DNA of 64,000 nt from Flavobacterium sp. (GTDB lineage Bacteria; Bacteroidota; Bacteroidia; Flavobacteriales; Flavobacteriaceae), in contig JBIPOM010000254.1 of assembly GCA_044379175.1 (NCBI GenBank), forward strand, positions 5,851-69,850. Direction: 5' to 3'. How positions within the stretch are numbered: the first letter of the stretch is position 1; the number at the start of each line of letters is the position of its first letter. The translations under genes were made by a program, and so were the position numbers. The notes beneath the pieces are model-generated. The model worked only from the letters and a program-made list of their open reading frames with translations. It was not told the DNA's origin and made no database searches. Positions 41,021 to 50,801 of the stretch are shown here, piece after piece.

Positions 41021-41053
41021 TTTATACACAAGTTATAAACATGTTATAAACAG
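41021..41053. repeat. Three phased 11-bp direct repeats
   Basis: TTTATACACAA / GTTATAAACAT / GTTATAAACAG, immediately upstream of the protease/capsid -10 element. Confidence 0.7.
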
Positions 41054-41058
41054 TGTAA

Positions 41059-42654
41059 CTAGGTTGAAGATCTACCCTCGCCCTTTGGATTTCTACCACT
41101 TACAGTTGCAGATCCATCGGACTGATTATTAAGTCTTTCGCCATCTCTTGCACGATTGGCATCATTATTCATAGTCTCTGGTTTGGCTACAAATGGTTCG
41201 TCTCCACCGTCTCTTTGTGGAAGACCCAGTGCCACTCTTGCCTCATTAGGCATCATAATCTGTGTTTTTACATATCTTTCAAGAATTTGTGATTGTGCTA
41301 TTTCATCTGTCAAAGTAAGTTCATTAAACTTAAACTCTAGTACGTCTTGTTTCTCGCGTATGATCTTATTAATTTGTTTTTCTAGTTGAGCCTGTGCTGG
41401 TCTGGCTACCTGCTCTTTAAATGTTCTATCTTGAGCCAATGCTGCTGCAATTGCCCCTGAGTCTGATCCACCTAGTTTTGAAAGCGGTACTTGATGTGCC
41501 ACCAAGATGTCATCACGGTTTTGTTTTCTATATTCCTTAAATGATCCCTCTTGTACCCCAGATTCAATAGGTTCCATCTTAAACTCTACCTTGTTATTTT
41601 CTGTATCTCCAGGAAGAGGTATGTACAAAGTTCTATGGTTTTGACCCTTTAATCCAGTTTGTAAAAATCTAAACATCTTGTCTTCTGCGTCTGCAGATAG
41701 TTTGGCACCCTTCATAGTTACTACGTATCTTGGAACTGCCTTGTTACCAAAGTAGTCAATATTGTATTGTGAAGCCAGTTGATCACCGTGTAGAGATGAT
41801 ATTGCTGAAATAATGTCTGGAACACCATAGAATGTGTTTAATGGTGAGTATTGTTTAAAATGAATAATTTCGTTTGGTCTACGATCTTCAGTTACTGGGT
41901 TTGAATTTGTAGCACCAAAGTTTCTAAAGTAAACTACCTTGTTTGCAATAACCTGTACGTATCCATCTCTTAGTCTGCGACAACGCATTGTGGTTGCTGG
42001 AATATGACCAACGTATCCAATTTCACCACGAGTGGTTCTACCAATTTCCATGTATCCATTACCAATTGCTTGAACATCTGTGTATATCTTTTCCATTGTT
42101 GTGGTAAAAGAGTCATCTGCGTTTAAACTTTCTAGCCAATCACGTAACTCTACTTTTGCTCTTTCAATTCTGTTTCTTGCACGACTTACTGATTCGTCAT
42201 TTGAGGAATTCTCTAATTTGAGCATTGTTCTTTTTGATATATCAAAATCATATCCCAAACCTACAATATTTTCAACCTTAGCATCAATGGCTGCATGGTT
42301 TGCAAAGGATGTGTCATAGTAGTTGGCAAGTTCATAAACATTCCATGGTGGTGTGATTACGTCAAATAGTCCATAACCATTTCTAAATACGTTACCAGGA
42401 TTTATCTGATTAGAGCGAGCACCATCAATACCTTGTGGAACTGCAATTGATCTGTCAATATAAGATTGTTGGGTTGTATCTACTAGAGCCTTGGACATTC
42501 TTGCTGCACGACGTTTAAAGTTATTATCCAAACCAGAATAGTTTTTTAACTCTTCCCAGTTTTTGCTAAATGGGTCTGAACCAGCAAATGCATTAACTGC
42601 TTGTTCGTTTTCGTCTATCCTAGCACCAATAACATAGTTAAATTCTTCACTCAT
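41059..42654 (-). CDS. Portal protein
   Basis: GNGYMEI, NEIIHFK, FYGVPDI, YFGNKAVP, HQVPLSKLG and MPNEARVALGLP. Confidence 0.92.
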   Translation of the reverse strand: MSEEFNYVIGARIDENEQAVNAFAGSDPFSKNWEELKNYSGLDNNFKRRAARMSKALVDTTQQSYIDRSIAVPQGIDGARSNQINPGNVFRNGYGLFDVITPPWNVYELANYYDTSFANHAAIDAKVENIVGLGYDFDISKRTMLKLENSSNDESVSRARNRIERAKVELRDWLESLNADDSFTTTMEKIYTDVQAIGNGYMEIGRTTRGEIGYVGHIPATTMRCRRLRDGYVQVIANKVVYFRNFGATNSNPVTEDRRPNEIIHFKQYSPLNTFYGVPDIISAISSLHGDQLASQYNIDYFGNKAVPRYVVTMKGAKLSADAEDKMFRFLQTGLKGQNHRTLYIPLPGDTENNKVEFKMEPIESGVQEGSFKEYRKQNRDDILVAHQVPLSKLGGSDSGAIAAALAQDRTFKEQVARPAQAQLEKQINKIIREKQDVLEFKFNELTLTDEIAQSQILERYVKTQIMMPNEARVALGLPQRDGGDEPFVAKPETMNNDANRARDGERLNNQSDGSATVSGRNPKGEGRSST

Positions 42655-43049
42655 TATTCTTCATCGCCATATTTTGCAATTGTTGCTTTGGCTGCTGCTA
42701 CTGCACCAAGATCATTAAGGTTAGGGATTAATCCCGCTTTCATTCTATCTACTTGTTCGGAATACTCTTCGTCTGATACTCTTCCCATACCTGGAAAAAA
42801 TACAGCCTCTCCATCTGGTTCTCCATAATATGCTGCTGTCTTTTTTATTTCGGCTAAAGCGGCAATATCGTGTTTTACGGCTGGTATATTTAAAATATTA
42901 CCCTCTCCATCAGTGAACCACTTACCATTGGCTCTTTTCCAAACATAAACGCCCCAATCATAGTTCTTTTCAATAAAGGTTATTTTAGAGTCGCCAATTT
43001 GGCCTTTCATACGAGGTTTTCTTTTTTTGTTTGGATTTTGATTATTCAT
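42654..43049 (-). CDS. Hypothetical protein
   Basis: ORF coupled to the portal start; TGGTATACT promoter upstream. Confidence 0.6.
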   Translation of the reverse strand: MNNQNPNKKRKPRMKGQIGDSKITFIEKNYDWGVYVWKRANGKWFTDGEGNILNIPAVKHDIAALAEIKKTAAYYGEPDGEAVFFPGMGRVSDEEYSEQVDRMKAGLIPNLNDLGAVAAAKATIAKYGDEE

Positions 43050-43067
43050 AACCATTAGTATACCATA

Positions 43068-46000
43068 TTATGTTGGATTGAGGATATATTGTTGCCACGA
43101 AGAACCAATATGAATAGGATTATCGTAACTTTGTGCCAACAACTGTCTTTCTCCATCATTTCCAACAATAATTTTGTTAGTTCCCATGTATGTTTTGTAA
43201 ATATTTGAAGAAGTATCTCCAAAATCTGAAGAAGATGTCTTAATTAATACACCAAACCACAAATATCCCTGGTTCCAAAAATCCCAATCAAAATCAAATG
43301 GTTCCTCTGCTCCAAGCACATACTGCTGCTTTACCTCATCCCAAATTCTAGTAATAGACGATTGTTTTTGTTGCAAACCAGTTAACTTATAATACGATAT
43401 GTGATTATAGACCAATGGACCGTTTAAACTTATAGATCCAGTAAATGAGTTAAATGTTAAAGCGTTTGCAAAAGATATGCTTAAAAAATACCAGTTTTTA
43501 TTGTCAATTACTGGATTAGCAACTAGCAGTCCATTTAAATAGTATGATATGCCATTTTGTAATTGACCAGTTTTTGAATCTATCGCGTATATTTTTGCTC
43601 TTTGTCCAGAATCGCCATTTGCCACAATATAAAAATTAATAGAAGAGTTTGATGTATTTACTTGAAATATTTGAACTGGCGTGTATGTAAAGTTACTGGT
43701 ATCATTTTTAATTGCAAGTTGAATGGTAGATACAGAAAATAAAGAGTCTTTGTTTTCATTTATTAGCATACTAATGCCTCTATTTTGATAAGAGTTAAAA
43801 TCACCTTTTAATTTGATTCCAGAGTACCTGGTTAAATGTAGATACGGATTAGATTTTTTATAAATACTAATTGGATTTTTGCCTTTATAATCGTTATATA
43901 TTCCATTTTTAATATATGGGTATAACTTAGTGCCAGACTTGGTATTAATGGGTGTAGAAGCATCCTCGTCTAAAGACCTAGATGATAGTTCTAGATTCTT
44001 AATCTTTATCTTTCTATTAATAGTTGACTTTACAGAAAAATCTAAATGAACTGATATTGCTAGATCTTCAAATTTTACTGAAGATGGTGGGTAAATAATA
44101 GTATCGTTTTGTACTAAAAATATTGTGTTTTGCCAATCTGGATAGTTATCAAGATTTAAAATACCACTCTTTAGTGCTGGTGCAACAGTAGTAAAAGACT
44201 CAAACTTTTTATTTAATCCAGTAGTTGTAAACTGAAAAGACACATAGGACTTTACTAAAGAATTTACAGAGTCGTATTCGTAACTTAAATCTGATCTGTT
44301 ATATTGTAAATCATCATAATTATTATATCCTGTAAAAAGAGAGTTATCTAACACCTCATATGTTTGTTGCAAAGGTGCTGCAAATAGTGCATTTAGGTTA
44401 CCATATGTCCATCCACCAGCGTCTTCTACTGGTTTAAAGATAGAAGGTGAAGGAAAATTGATGTTATATTGAATATAATCTAAACCATACTCTTTTTTAC
44501 CAGATGAGTTTGTTATATACTTTGCAAAATACTTTAATGGCACATAGTCTTCCCAGTATCCAGAAACACCTATATCCAAATAATACTTGCCATACCTAAC
44601 CGATGGCATTAATGTATAACTTGCTAAATCGTTAAACATATGAGCATTAATGTTGCCATTATCTTCAAGTATTCCATTATTCTCAAAATGCGTAGAAAAT
44701 AACTTGTGATTATTTTTTGTTGAAAATCCAAATCTATACATTTTTTGACTAAAGCAAGAGTCATTGCTATCATTATTTAAAAGTATTAACTTTAAAGCAT
44801 TCTTATTGCCAAAGAAAGTGGCAATATTTTTTCCAAAGTGTGATGTTATTTTTTCTAGGTCAACACCAATTTCTAAGTATTGATCTACCACATATTGGGT
44901 TTGATGTAAAGTTGTTTCTGTTCCAGACACATTAATTTTATAAAATATATCTCCACTATCTGTTGTATATATTTTAAAGAAATCTGAGTTATTTTTATTT
45001 TTAATCATAACAAGAGTTGAGTTTAACAAAGATGCTGTTTTAAATATTCCATGAAAAGATTTAATATCATTATTTAAAATATTAAGATTTTCAAATACAA
45101 AGGAGCCGTTTTGATCTGCGAAGGTTACAAATGGATAGTCTTCGTCTTGTAGGGTATACAATTCTTCATACCAGTCATTAATATTTTCAACATTTATATT
45201 TGGCAAACTATAATCTGGATTACTTAAATAACTACTTGTTACATTTAGGTTATCTATCTTTCCTTGTTGCCATTTTCCAATATTAGGATAATCATAGTTT
45301 GTTCCATAATTAGAAAATGAATAATCTATAAATGCTGACTTTCCGCTATATGCAGAATCTATTGACTCAGAAGATTTAACTGCTTGTCCATAAACCCATC
45401 TCTTTTTTGCAATTATTTCTGGAACAACGTAAGGATATATTGCAAAACAATCTAATTCAAATGGATATATATCTGTATAGCAATAGAACCCTAACCAATC
45501 TTGATCCTTATCAGACTCATCTAACTTAGGTAACAATGTTATCGTTGAATTATCTATGTCAATATCAATAACTTTTTCTCCATTTAAAAATAAAAATACT
45601 TTGCTTTCAGAATAAACTATTTGAACTAACATTGGTCTTGACCATTCACCAACATATATTGATTTAAATTGATTTCCAATAACTAATGTTAAAAAGCAAT
45701 CATCAACGTACAAACCATCATTAGAGTTAATTGGTCCAAATATTCTTTTACTTTCTAAGGTGTCAACCCCAAACCTTAACCACATTTCTACGGTATATGT
45801 ACTATACCTGCCAAACTCGTTTAAGAATCCAAAACCTGGAAAAATTATAGATGGCTTTGCTGTTTCGTCTTCATTTATATTAGGATATAGTTTAGTAACA
45901 TTTGATGCACCATAAACTAACGGTACCCCAAAGTTTTGTGCATATATCTTATTATTATTTGCTAAATAATATCCATAATTTATGTCAGATCCATATGATT

Positions 46001-46667
46001 TTGCAATAATTCCATCTGATGACTCTATTGATATATCGGTTGGTATAGAAACTATTTCTGAACCCATAGAATAATTATTAAACTCTTCAGACCATTGACC
46101 CAAAGATAATCCATTAAGCAAAAACTCGTACTCTTCGCTACCGCTTAAACTTGCTGAATATCCTATCTTAATTACCACTTGCATTGTTGTATTTTGGTTT
46201 ATTTTTTTAAATGTTTCTGATAGTAAAAACCATTTTCCACTTACTGATATTGGTACGTTTTTTAAAACTTCTACAGATTCGCTAGTACTTACATCTGTAT
46301 ATTTAAAACCTATCGCCACAGATTTTAAGTGTAAACTGTTTGAATAAAAATAACAAGATAAAACAAAGGTATCTAAATCTGAGTTAAAATCTAAAAAATT
46401 TATAACATTATTGCTAGTTAATGTAGCAACTTTGTCTAATGTTGTTGAGGGTACACCAACCATTTTATATAATGATTCAGAAATAAATGGTTGAGTTGGC
46501 AAACTTGTTTCTTCTGAAATAGTGCCATTAGTTATGTCCCAAAGACTAATATCTTTATCTGTATTGTTTAACAACATTACATAGTCTGATTTATCGTCTA
46601 ATGCCCACAATGCTACTGGATGCTCTGAAAAAATTTTTTCTGCATAAAGATTTGATGGGTTAGACAT
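43068..46667 (-). CDS. Large virion protein with concanavalin/LamG-like domain
   Basis: 1199 aa; N-terminal HPVALWALDD, YTVEMW and LFLNGEKV. Confidence 0.6.
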   Translation of the reverse strand: MSNPSNLYAEKIFSEHPVALWALDDKSDYVMLLNNTDKDISLWDITNGTISEETSLPTQPFISESLYKMVGVPSTTLDKVATLTSNNVINFLDFNSDLDTFVLSCYFYSNSLHLKSVAIGFKYTDVSTSESVEVLKNVPISVSGKWFLLSETFKKINQNTTMQVVIKIGYSASLSGSEEYEFLLNGLSLGQWSEEFNNYSMGSEIVSIPTDISIESSDGIIAKSYGSDINYGYYLANNNKIYAQNFGVPLVYGASNVTKLYPNINEDETAKPSIIFPGFGFLNEFGRYSTYTVEMWLRFGVDTLESKRIFGPINSNDGLYVDDCFLTLVIGNQFKSIYVGEWSRPMLVQIVYSESKVFLFLNGEKVIDIDIDNSTITLLPKLDESDKDQDWLGFYCYTDIYPFELDCFAIYPYVVPEIIAKKRWVYGQAVKSSESIDSAYSGKSAFIDYSFSNYGTNYDYPNIGKWQQGKIDNLNVTSSYLSNPDYSLPNINVENINDWYEELYTLQDEDYPFVTFADQNGSFVFENLNILNNDIKSFHGIFKTASLLNSTLVMIKNKNNSDFFKIYTTDSGDIFYKINVSGTETTLHQTQYVVDQYLEIGVDLEKITSHFGKNIATFFGNKNALKLILLNNDSNDSCFSQKMYRFGFSTKNNHKLFSTHFENNGILEDNGNINAHMFNDLASYTLMPSVRYGKYYLDIGVSGYWEDYVPLKYFAKYITNSSGKKEYGLDYIQYNINFPSPSIFKPVEDAGGWTYGNLNALFAAPLQQTYEVLDNSLFTGYNNYDDLQYNRSDLSYEYDSVNSLVKSYVSFQFTTTGLNKKFESFTTVAPALKSGILNLDNYPDWQNTIFLVQNDTIIYPPSSVKFEDLAISVHLDFSVKSTINRKIKIKNLELSSRSLDEDASTPINTKSGTKLYPYIKNGIYNDYKGKNPISIYKKSNPYLHLTRYSGIKLKGDFNSYQNRGISMLINENKDSLFSVSTIQLAIKNDTSNFTYTPVQIFQVNTSNSSINFYIVANGDSGQRAKIYAIDSKTGQLQNGISYYLNGLLVANPVIDNKNWYFLSISFANALTFNSFTGSISLNGPLVYNHISYYKLTGLQQKQSSITRIWDEVKQQYVLGAEEPFDFDWDFWNQGYLWFGVLIKTSSSDFGDTSSNIYKTYMGTNKIIVGNDGERQLLAQSYDNPIHIGSSWQQYILNPT

Positions 46668-46688
46668 AGGTTCTCCTAGTCTATTTTA

Positions 46689-47219
46689 TCACACAATACG
46701 TGTAAACCAACGAGGTAATGTAAACCTTGTTCCCTTAATTATTGGCTTAACACCATGAACAAAATCTGGATTATCTGGAAAACATAACAAATCTCCAGGC
46801 TCTGGCTTAAAAGACATTTCATATTTTGGAAAGTAAATGTCTCCTCCTTCATAGTCATTGTTTAAATAAATTAAAGTTGCTATATCATTTGGTCTTGAAG
46901 CATCAAAATGCTCGTGCATACCTTTTCCTTCAACAAATTTTGCTATATGAGTTTTTTCATCAATAAAGTGATCAAACTTAGATTGGTAGTTATTTAAAAC
47001 AAAAGAATAAACCATTAACGCAGTTTCTTGAATTGTATCCAGTAAGTCGCTATCCAAACCTTCTATTTCATGATAGGTGTGAACGGTAAACTCTTGTTCT
47101 TCGTTACCATAGTTAGAAAATAGTTCAGAATGTTTTTTTGCATAATCTGCTACCAAACCTGCTTCTTGAGGATCCATGAATCCTTTAATGTACTTAATTT
47201 GAGACTTTAAATCTTCCAT
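46689..47219 (-). CDS. Prolyl-4-hydroxylase-like 2OG-Fe(II) oxygenase
   Basis: HFD...LIYLNNDYEGGDIYF...KPEPGDLLCFP...HGV...GTRFT. Confidence 0.88.
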   Translation of the reverse strand: MEDLKSQIKYIKGFMDPQEAGLVADYAKKHSELFSNYGNEEQEFTVHTYHEIEGLDSDLLDTIQETALMVYSFVLNNYQSKFDHFIDEKTHIAKFVEGKGMHEHFDASRPNDIATLIYLNNDYEGGDIYFPKYEMSFKPEPGDLLCFPDNPDFVHGVKPIIKGTRFTLPRWFTRIV

Positions 47220-47221
47220 AC

Positions 47222-49252
47222 TTAACCTACCTTTATTTCACATACATCTGTAGTGCAGTATGCCTCACCCTGTGCTTCTAGATTCTCTACTCCATCATAG
47301 ATAGCGTCCCAGTTGATTTTAGCAATCTGTCCCACATAACTATTATACTCTTCCTCTGTAATTTCTGTATAAGGTTGTTGTGGATATACCGTGTTTCCCA
47401 TTGGCAAAAACGATACAGCCTTTAATTGTCCTTCGTACATGTGTAGTGCTGGAGCAACATGCTTAGACTCTGTCTCTTTATCAAATGAAAGGGTTACAGA
47501 CACCCCATTGTCAGACCAATATTTTTGAGCAGTTGCAGCAAGTGCAATTTTTTCAAAAAGACTAACATCTTTTTCTGCTCTTTCATGTTCTGAAGCAATT
47601 GGAAAATATACAACTTTTGTATTTGCAGATACAACATCATCTTCTATTTTATATCCAGCAGCCTTAAACAAATGAATCATAGGATCAGATTCACCAAATC
47701 TAATTGCTCTCATAAAGAACTTTCCACCTGGACCCCAGTGAACTCCTGGAGTTGCACCAGAAAGAATACTTACGCTACCTGATGGTTTTACTGTTGTGAC
47801 TCTTATTGATTCACGAACACAAAGCCATTCTGAATATTGATGATCATATTTTTTAATATTTAAATATCCCTCATCCATCCATTCACGAACTATAGGCAAA
47901 CCATGTTTGTCTGAAAAGGAAGCAATGCCTGTAAGCGATGTTCCAATTCTTCTATTGCGTTGCATAATTCCATTTGTTTGTTGCCAATGTGTTGGAACAA
48001 GAGTTACCGTCTTACCATAAAGATATGCAAACTTTAAAGTTCTTAAGAAATCTTCTTTATTTTCATGTCTATTTAAATGAACCTCAACCAATGTACACAA
48101 CTCATATGACTCTAATGGTTGTTCAGCACATGGGTTAAATCCCATTACTCTATAGTCTTTTCCATCTGCTGGATCTTTCAATCTACCGTAATTTCTAGCA
48201 ACATCTAACCAAATAAAACCTGGTTCTCCATTATTAACTATTAAATCTACATAGTCTTCATACTTAGTTCCAACTGTTGCTGAAATAGAGTTATTAGACA
48301 TCCAAGCCCAACCTGGATTATTTAAATCAAATGAATTTCTTTCTGGAAAAACCTCTGGATTTTTTAAATTAATAAAGTCTTTATCTCCAGCAGAACCTAG
48401 TGCTAAAGTTGCTGATCTACGAACATTTCCTGAAACCACACATGTTCCAATTAAGTTAATTATATCTACTATTGCTCTGGCATCAAGTTTTTCACCAATT
48501 CTTCCACCAATTACTTTATCAATTTGATTATGTAATTTAATTAATGGTTCTGGTCCTGACGCTACCCCGCCAAATCCTTTAATTGGAGAACCAAAAGGTC
48601 TTATTAAATCATAATTAAATTTTTGTTTTGCTTGACCTGTTCTTAGGTATGAGTTTAATAATAATCTAACAGACTCTACCCAACCTTCTCTAGTGTCTGG
48701 AATTTCATAAATTGAATCAACTTCTGATGGTGCATATATTGAAAATTCTTTATCTTGTCCAACGGTATCAAATCCAACCCCAATACCAAGCATGAGAGCG
48801 TCCATAACCCACGCAAACAGTGCCCCTGGGTCGTTTCTATCAAGATCCTTAGTAGATACCATGGCACAGTTTTGAAGGGCTGCAGAGTTCCTTTTTTCCA
48901 TTGTCATGGGGGTTCCAAAAGCCCACATACCACGACCTGGTGGTGTCCATTTAAGATTGAACATACGATCAAATGCTTCTTGAGCAGACTTTTGAGCCTT
49001 ATAGTCATTCCAAGGTAGTCTATTTTCTTTTGCATGATTCTTTTGTACTGAATACATGCCTTCGATTACACGCTTACAAACTTCGTGCCATCTTTCTTTA
49101 GTTCCATCTTCTTTGACGCGGGAATAGGTTCTTATAAAAGTAATTTCACCTAATGAGTTGTTTCCAGCATCGTTAAATCCAAATGGACTATCCATGGTTG
49201 TGTATTTTGTTACAAAATCCTCTGGAAGTTTAAAACTAAAAAAGTCTGACAT
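47222..49252 (-). CDS. nrdJ: Class II (adenosylcobalamin-dependent) ribonucleotide reductase
   Basis: PPGRGMW, LQNCA, GNVRRSA, NPCAEQ, TTVKPSGSVS and a C-terminal CTTDVC redox pair. Confidence 0.93.
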   Translation of the reverse strand: MSDFFSFKLPEDFVTKYTTMDSPFGFNDAGNNSLGEITFIRTYSRVKEDGTKERWHEVCKRVIEGMYSVQKNHAKENRLPWNDYKAQKSAQEAFDRMFNLKWTPPGRGMWAFGTPMTMEKRNSAALQNCAMVSTKDLDRNDPGALFAWVMDALMLGIGVGFDTVGQDKEFSIYAPSEVDSIYEIPDTREGWVESVRLLLNSYLRTGQAKQKFNYDLIRPFGSPIKGFGGVASGPEPLIKLHNQIDKVIGGRIGEKLDARAIVDIINLIGTCVVSGNVRRSATLALGSAGDKDFINLKNPEVFPERNSFDLNNPGWAWMSNNSISATVGTKYEDYVDLIVNNGEPGFIWLDVARNYGRLKDPADGKDYRVMGFNPCAEQPLESYELCTLVEVHLNRHENKEDFLRTLKFAYLYGKTVTLVPTHWQQTNGIMQRNRRIGTSLTGIASFSDKHGLPIVREWMDEGYLNIKKYDHQYSEWLCVRESIRVTTVKPSGSVSILSGATPGVHWGPGGKFFMRAIRFGESDPMIHLFKAAGYKIEDDVVSANTKVVYFPIASEHERAEKDVSLFEKIALAATAQKYWSDNGVSVTLSFDKETESKHVAPALHMYEGQLKAVSFLPMGNTVYPQQPYTEITEEEYNSYVGQIAKINWDAIYDGVENLEAQGEAYCTTDVCEIKVG

Positions 49253-49342
49253 TGATTTCTCCTAATTAAATGAAATTGAATAAGTACTAAGTATAGCAGA
49301 GTTTATTAAAATTAAAAACACTACTTTTATTTTATTTGTGCG

Positions 49343-49471
49343 TTAGTGAAATGACATTGCTGTATGTTGTTTTGGACTACAACGTTCACATAACGTGTAT
49401 GTGTTTTTAGTATAAGGACATGTAGTTGAACTTAATTTATGTCCAATAACAAAACAGATCAACTTATTCAC
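49343..49471 (-). CDS. Small Cys/His protein (DUF1660-like), missed by the ORF track
   Basis: Hand translation MNKLICFVIGHKLSSTTCPYTKNTYTLCERCSPKQHTAMSFH; the GTG overlaps the upstream TGA. Confidence 0.6.
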   Translation of the reverse strand: MNKLICFVIGHKLSSTTCPYTKNTYTLCERCSPKQHTAMSFH

Positions 49472-50097
49472 GGTAGCGGAACCCAGTGTTGAAGTTCGTC
49501 ACCACTCATATACATAAAAGGAGAAACGTCATAGGCAAGAGTAATTCTTGGTTTATCAAAAGGCCAAGCACCAATACCATGTGGGTGTCCAGTTTCAGAC
49601 AAGATCACTCTATTGTTTTTATTAACGTTTTCAATTGGTGTTGCATCATGTCCACCAATTTTATAGTATGTAACTGATGGTTCTGCATCTATAGAATAAT
49701 ATCCATGAAAATTAGGAGCACCAGTACCACCCAAATGATCGTGATAATGTGTATCCTCATTAAGCGGTGGCTCTGCCATTGCATCTGTATTAAACCATCC
49801 CTGAACCATGTAGTGTTGTTTTTTGTAATCAATACCATAATAATCACATGCTTCTATTGTTAATTCACGTATTGCAGAAAAAATATTATGTATTGCTGGA
49901 TTATAGCATTGAAAAACATTAAACCTTGTGCCTAAATGGTGAACTCCAGGAACAGTGGCTGCAAATTCTTTTGTTACTTTGGGATATACCCCATCAAATA
50001 AATCTTTTTCAACTCTTAAAAGATATTTTGTTAATCCTGGTAGATCGTTTTGCAAATATTTTTCAAAAAACTTATGTTGTGGTTTTTGATTCATCAT
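49468..50097 (-). CDS. Putative 2OG-Fe(II) oxygenase (HxH type)
   Basis: GWFN...HYHDH...FHGYY...HPHG...RITLAYD. Confidence 0.7.
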   Translation of the reverse strand: MMNQKPQHKFFEKYLQNDLPGLTKYLLRVEKDLFDGVYPKVTKEFAATVPGVHHLGTRFNVFQCYNPAIHNIFSAIRELTIEACDYYGIDYKKQHYMVQGWFNTDAMAEPPLNEDTHYHDHLGGTGAPNFHGYYSIDAEPSVTYYKIGGHDATPIENVNKNNRVILSETGHPHGIGAWPFDKPRITLAYDVSPFMYMSGDELQHWVPLP

Positions 50098-50759
50098 ATC
50101 AATGGAATCCAGTGTTGTTCGTGTTCTTTACCTACATGTTTTAAATCTTTTAGTGTCATAACGTCGTATGCAACGGTTATTCTTGGACCTTCCCAATCCC
50201 AATCGCCTTGAGCGTGTGGATGACCCATTTCTGAAAATATAGCACGGTTATCTATATTTTTATTTTCAATATCTTTACCAAACACTCTGTAGTAAGTTGT
50301 TGAAGGTTCTGCTTTTACACAGTAGTAACCATGAAAGTTATCTGGGGCACCTGTGTGTCCGTGATCATGCCAATTTAACTTTCCTTTTTTGGTATAATTA
50401 ATATTAAACCATCCTTGAAGCATAAACTGTTTTTTCTCAAAATCTATTTCGTAATATTCGCAAGCCTCTTTAGTCATATCTTGAATATTTTTATATAACT
50501 CATAGATACCTTCAATATGAAATTGAAATACATTATATTCTCTCCACTTTACAGTAGAAACACTGCCTGACTCTTGCCAAAAGTCTTTAGAGTTTACTGG
50601 CGTAATGCCATCTAATTCTACCTTTTCAATCATTTGATATCTATCAATTAATTCATTTGCAAGTAAATCTAAATCATTATTTAAATGTCTTTCAAAAAAC
50701 TTATGTGGTTTTGTTGATTGCTGAATACCACGTAGTTCTGGTGGTGGACCTTGTTGCAT
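50094..50759 (-). CDS. Putative 2OG-Fe(II) oxygenase (HxH type), paralogue of 49468..50097
   Basis: HKFFE...GWFN...WHDH...FHGYY...HPHA...RITVAYD...QHWIP, shared with its neighbour. Confidence 0.7.
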   Translation of the reverse strand: MQQGPPPELRGIQQSTKPHKFFERHLNNDLDLLANELIDRYQMIEKVELDGITPVNSKDFWQESGSVSTVKWREYNVFQFHIEGIYELYKNIQDMTKEACEYYEIDFEKKQFMLQGWFNINYTKKGKLNWHDHGHTGAPDNFHGYYCVKAEPSTTYYRVFGKDIENKNIDNRAIFSEMGHPHAQGDWDWEGPRITVAYDVMTLKDLKHVGKEHEQHWIPLI

Positions 50760-50801
50760 TATTTTTCCTATCTATTTATAACTATTGTATCATAGGAACG
50801 A

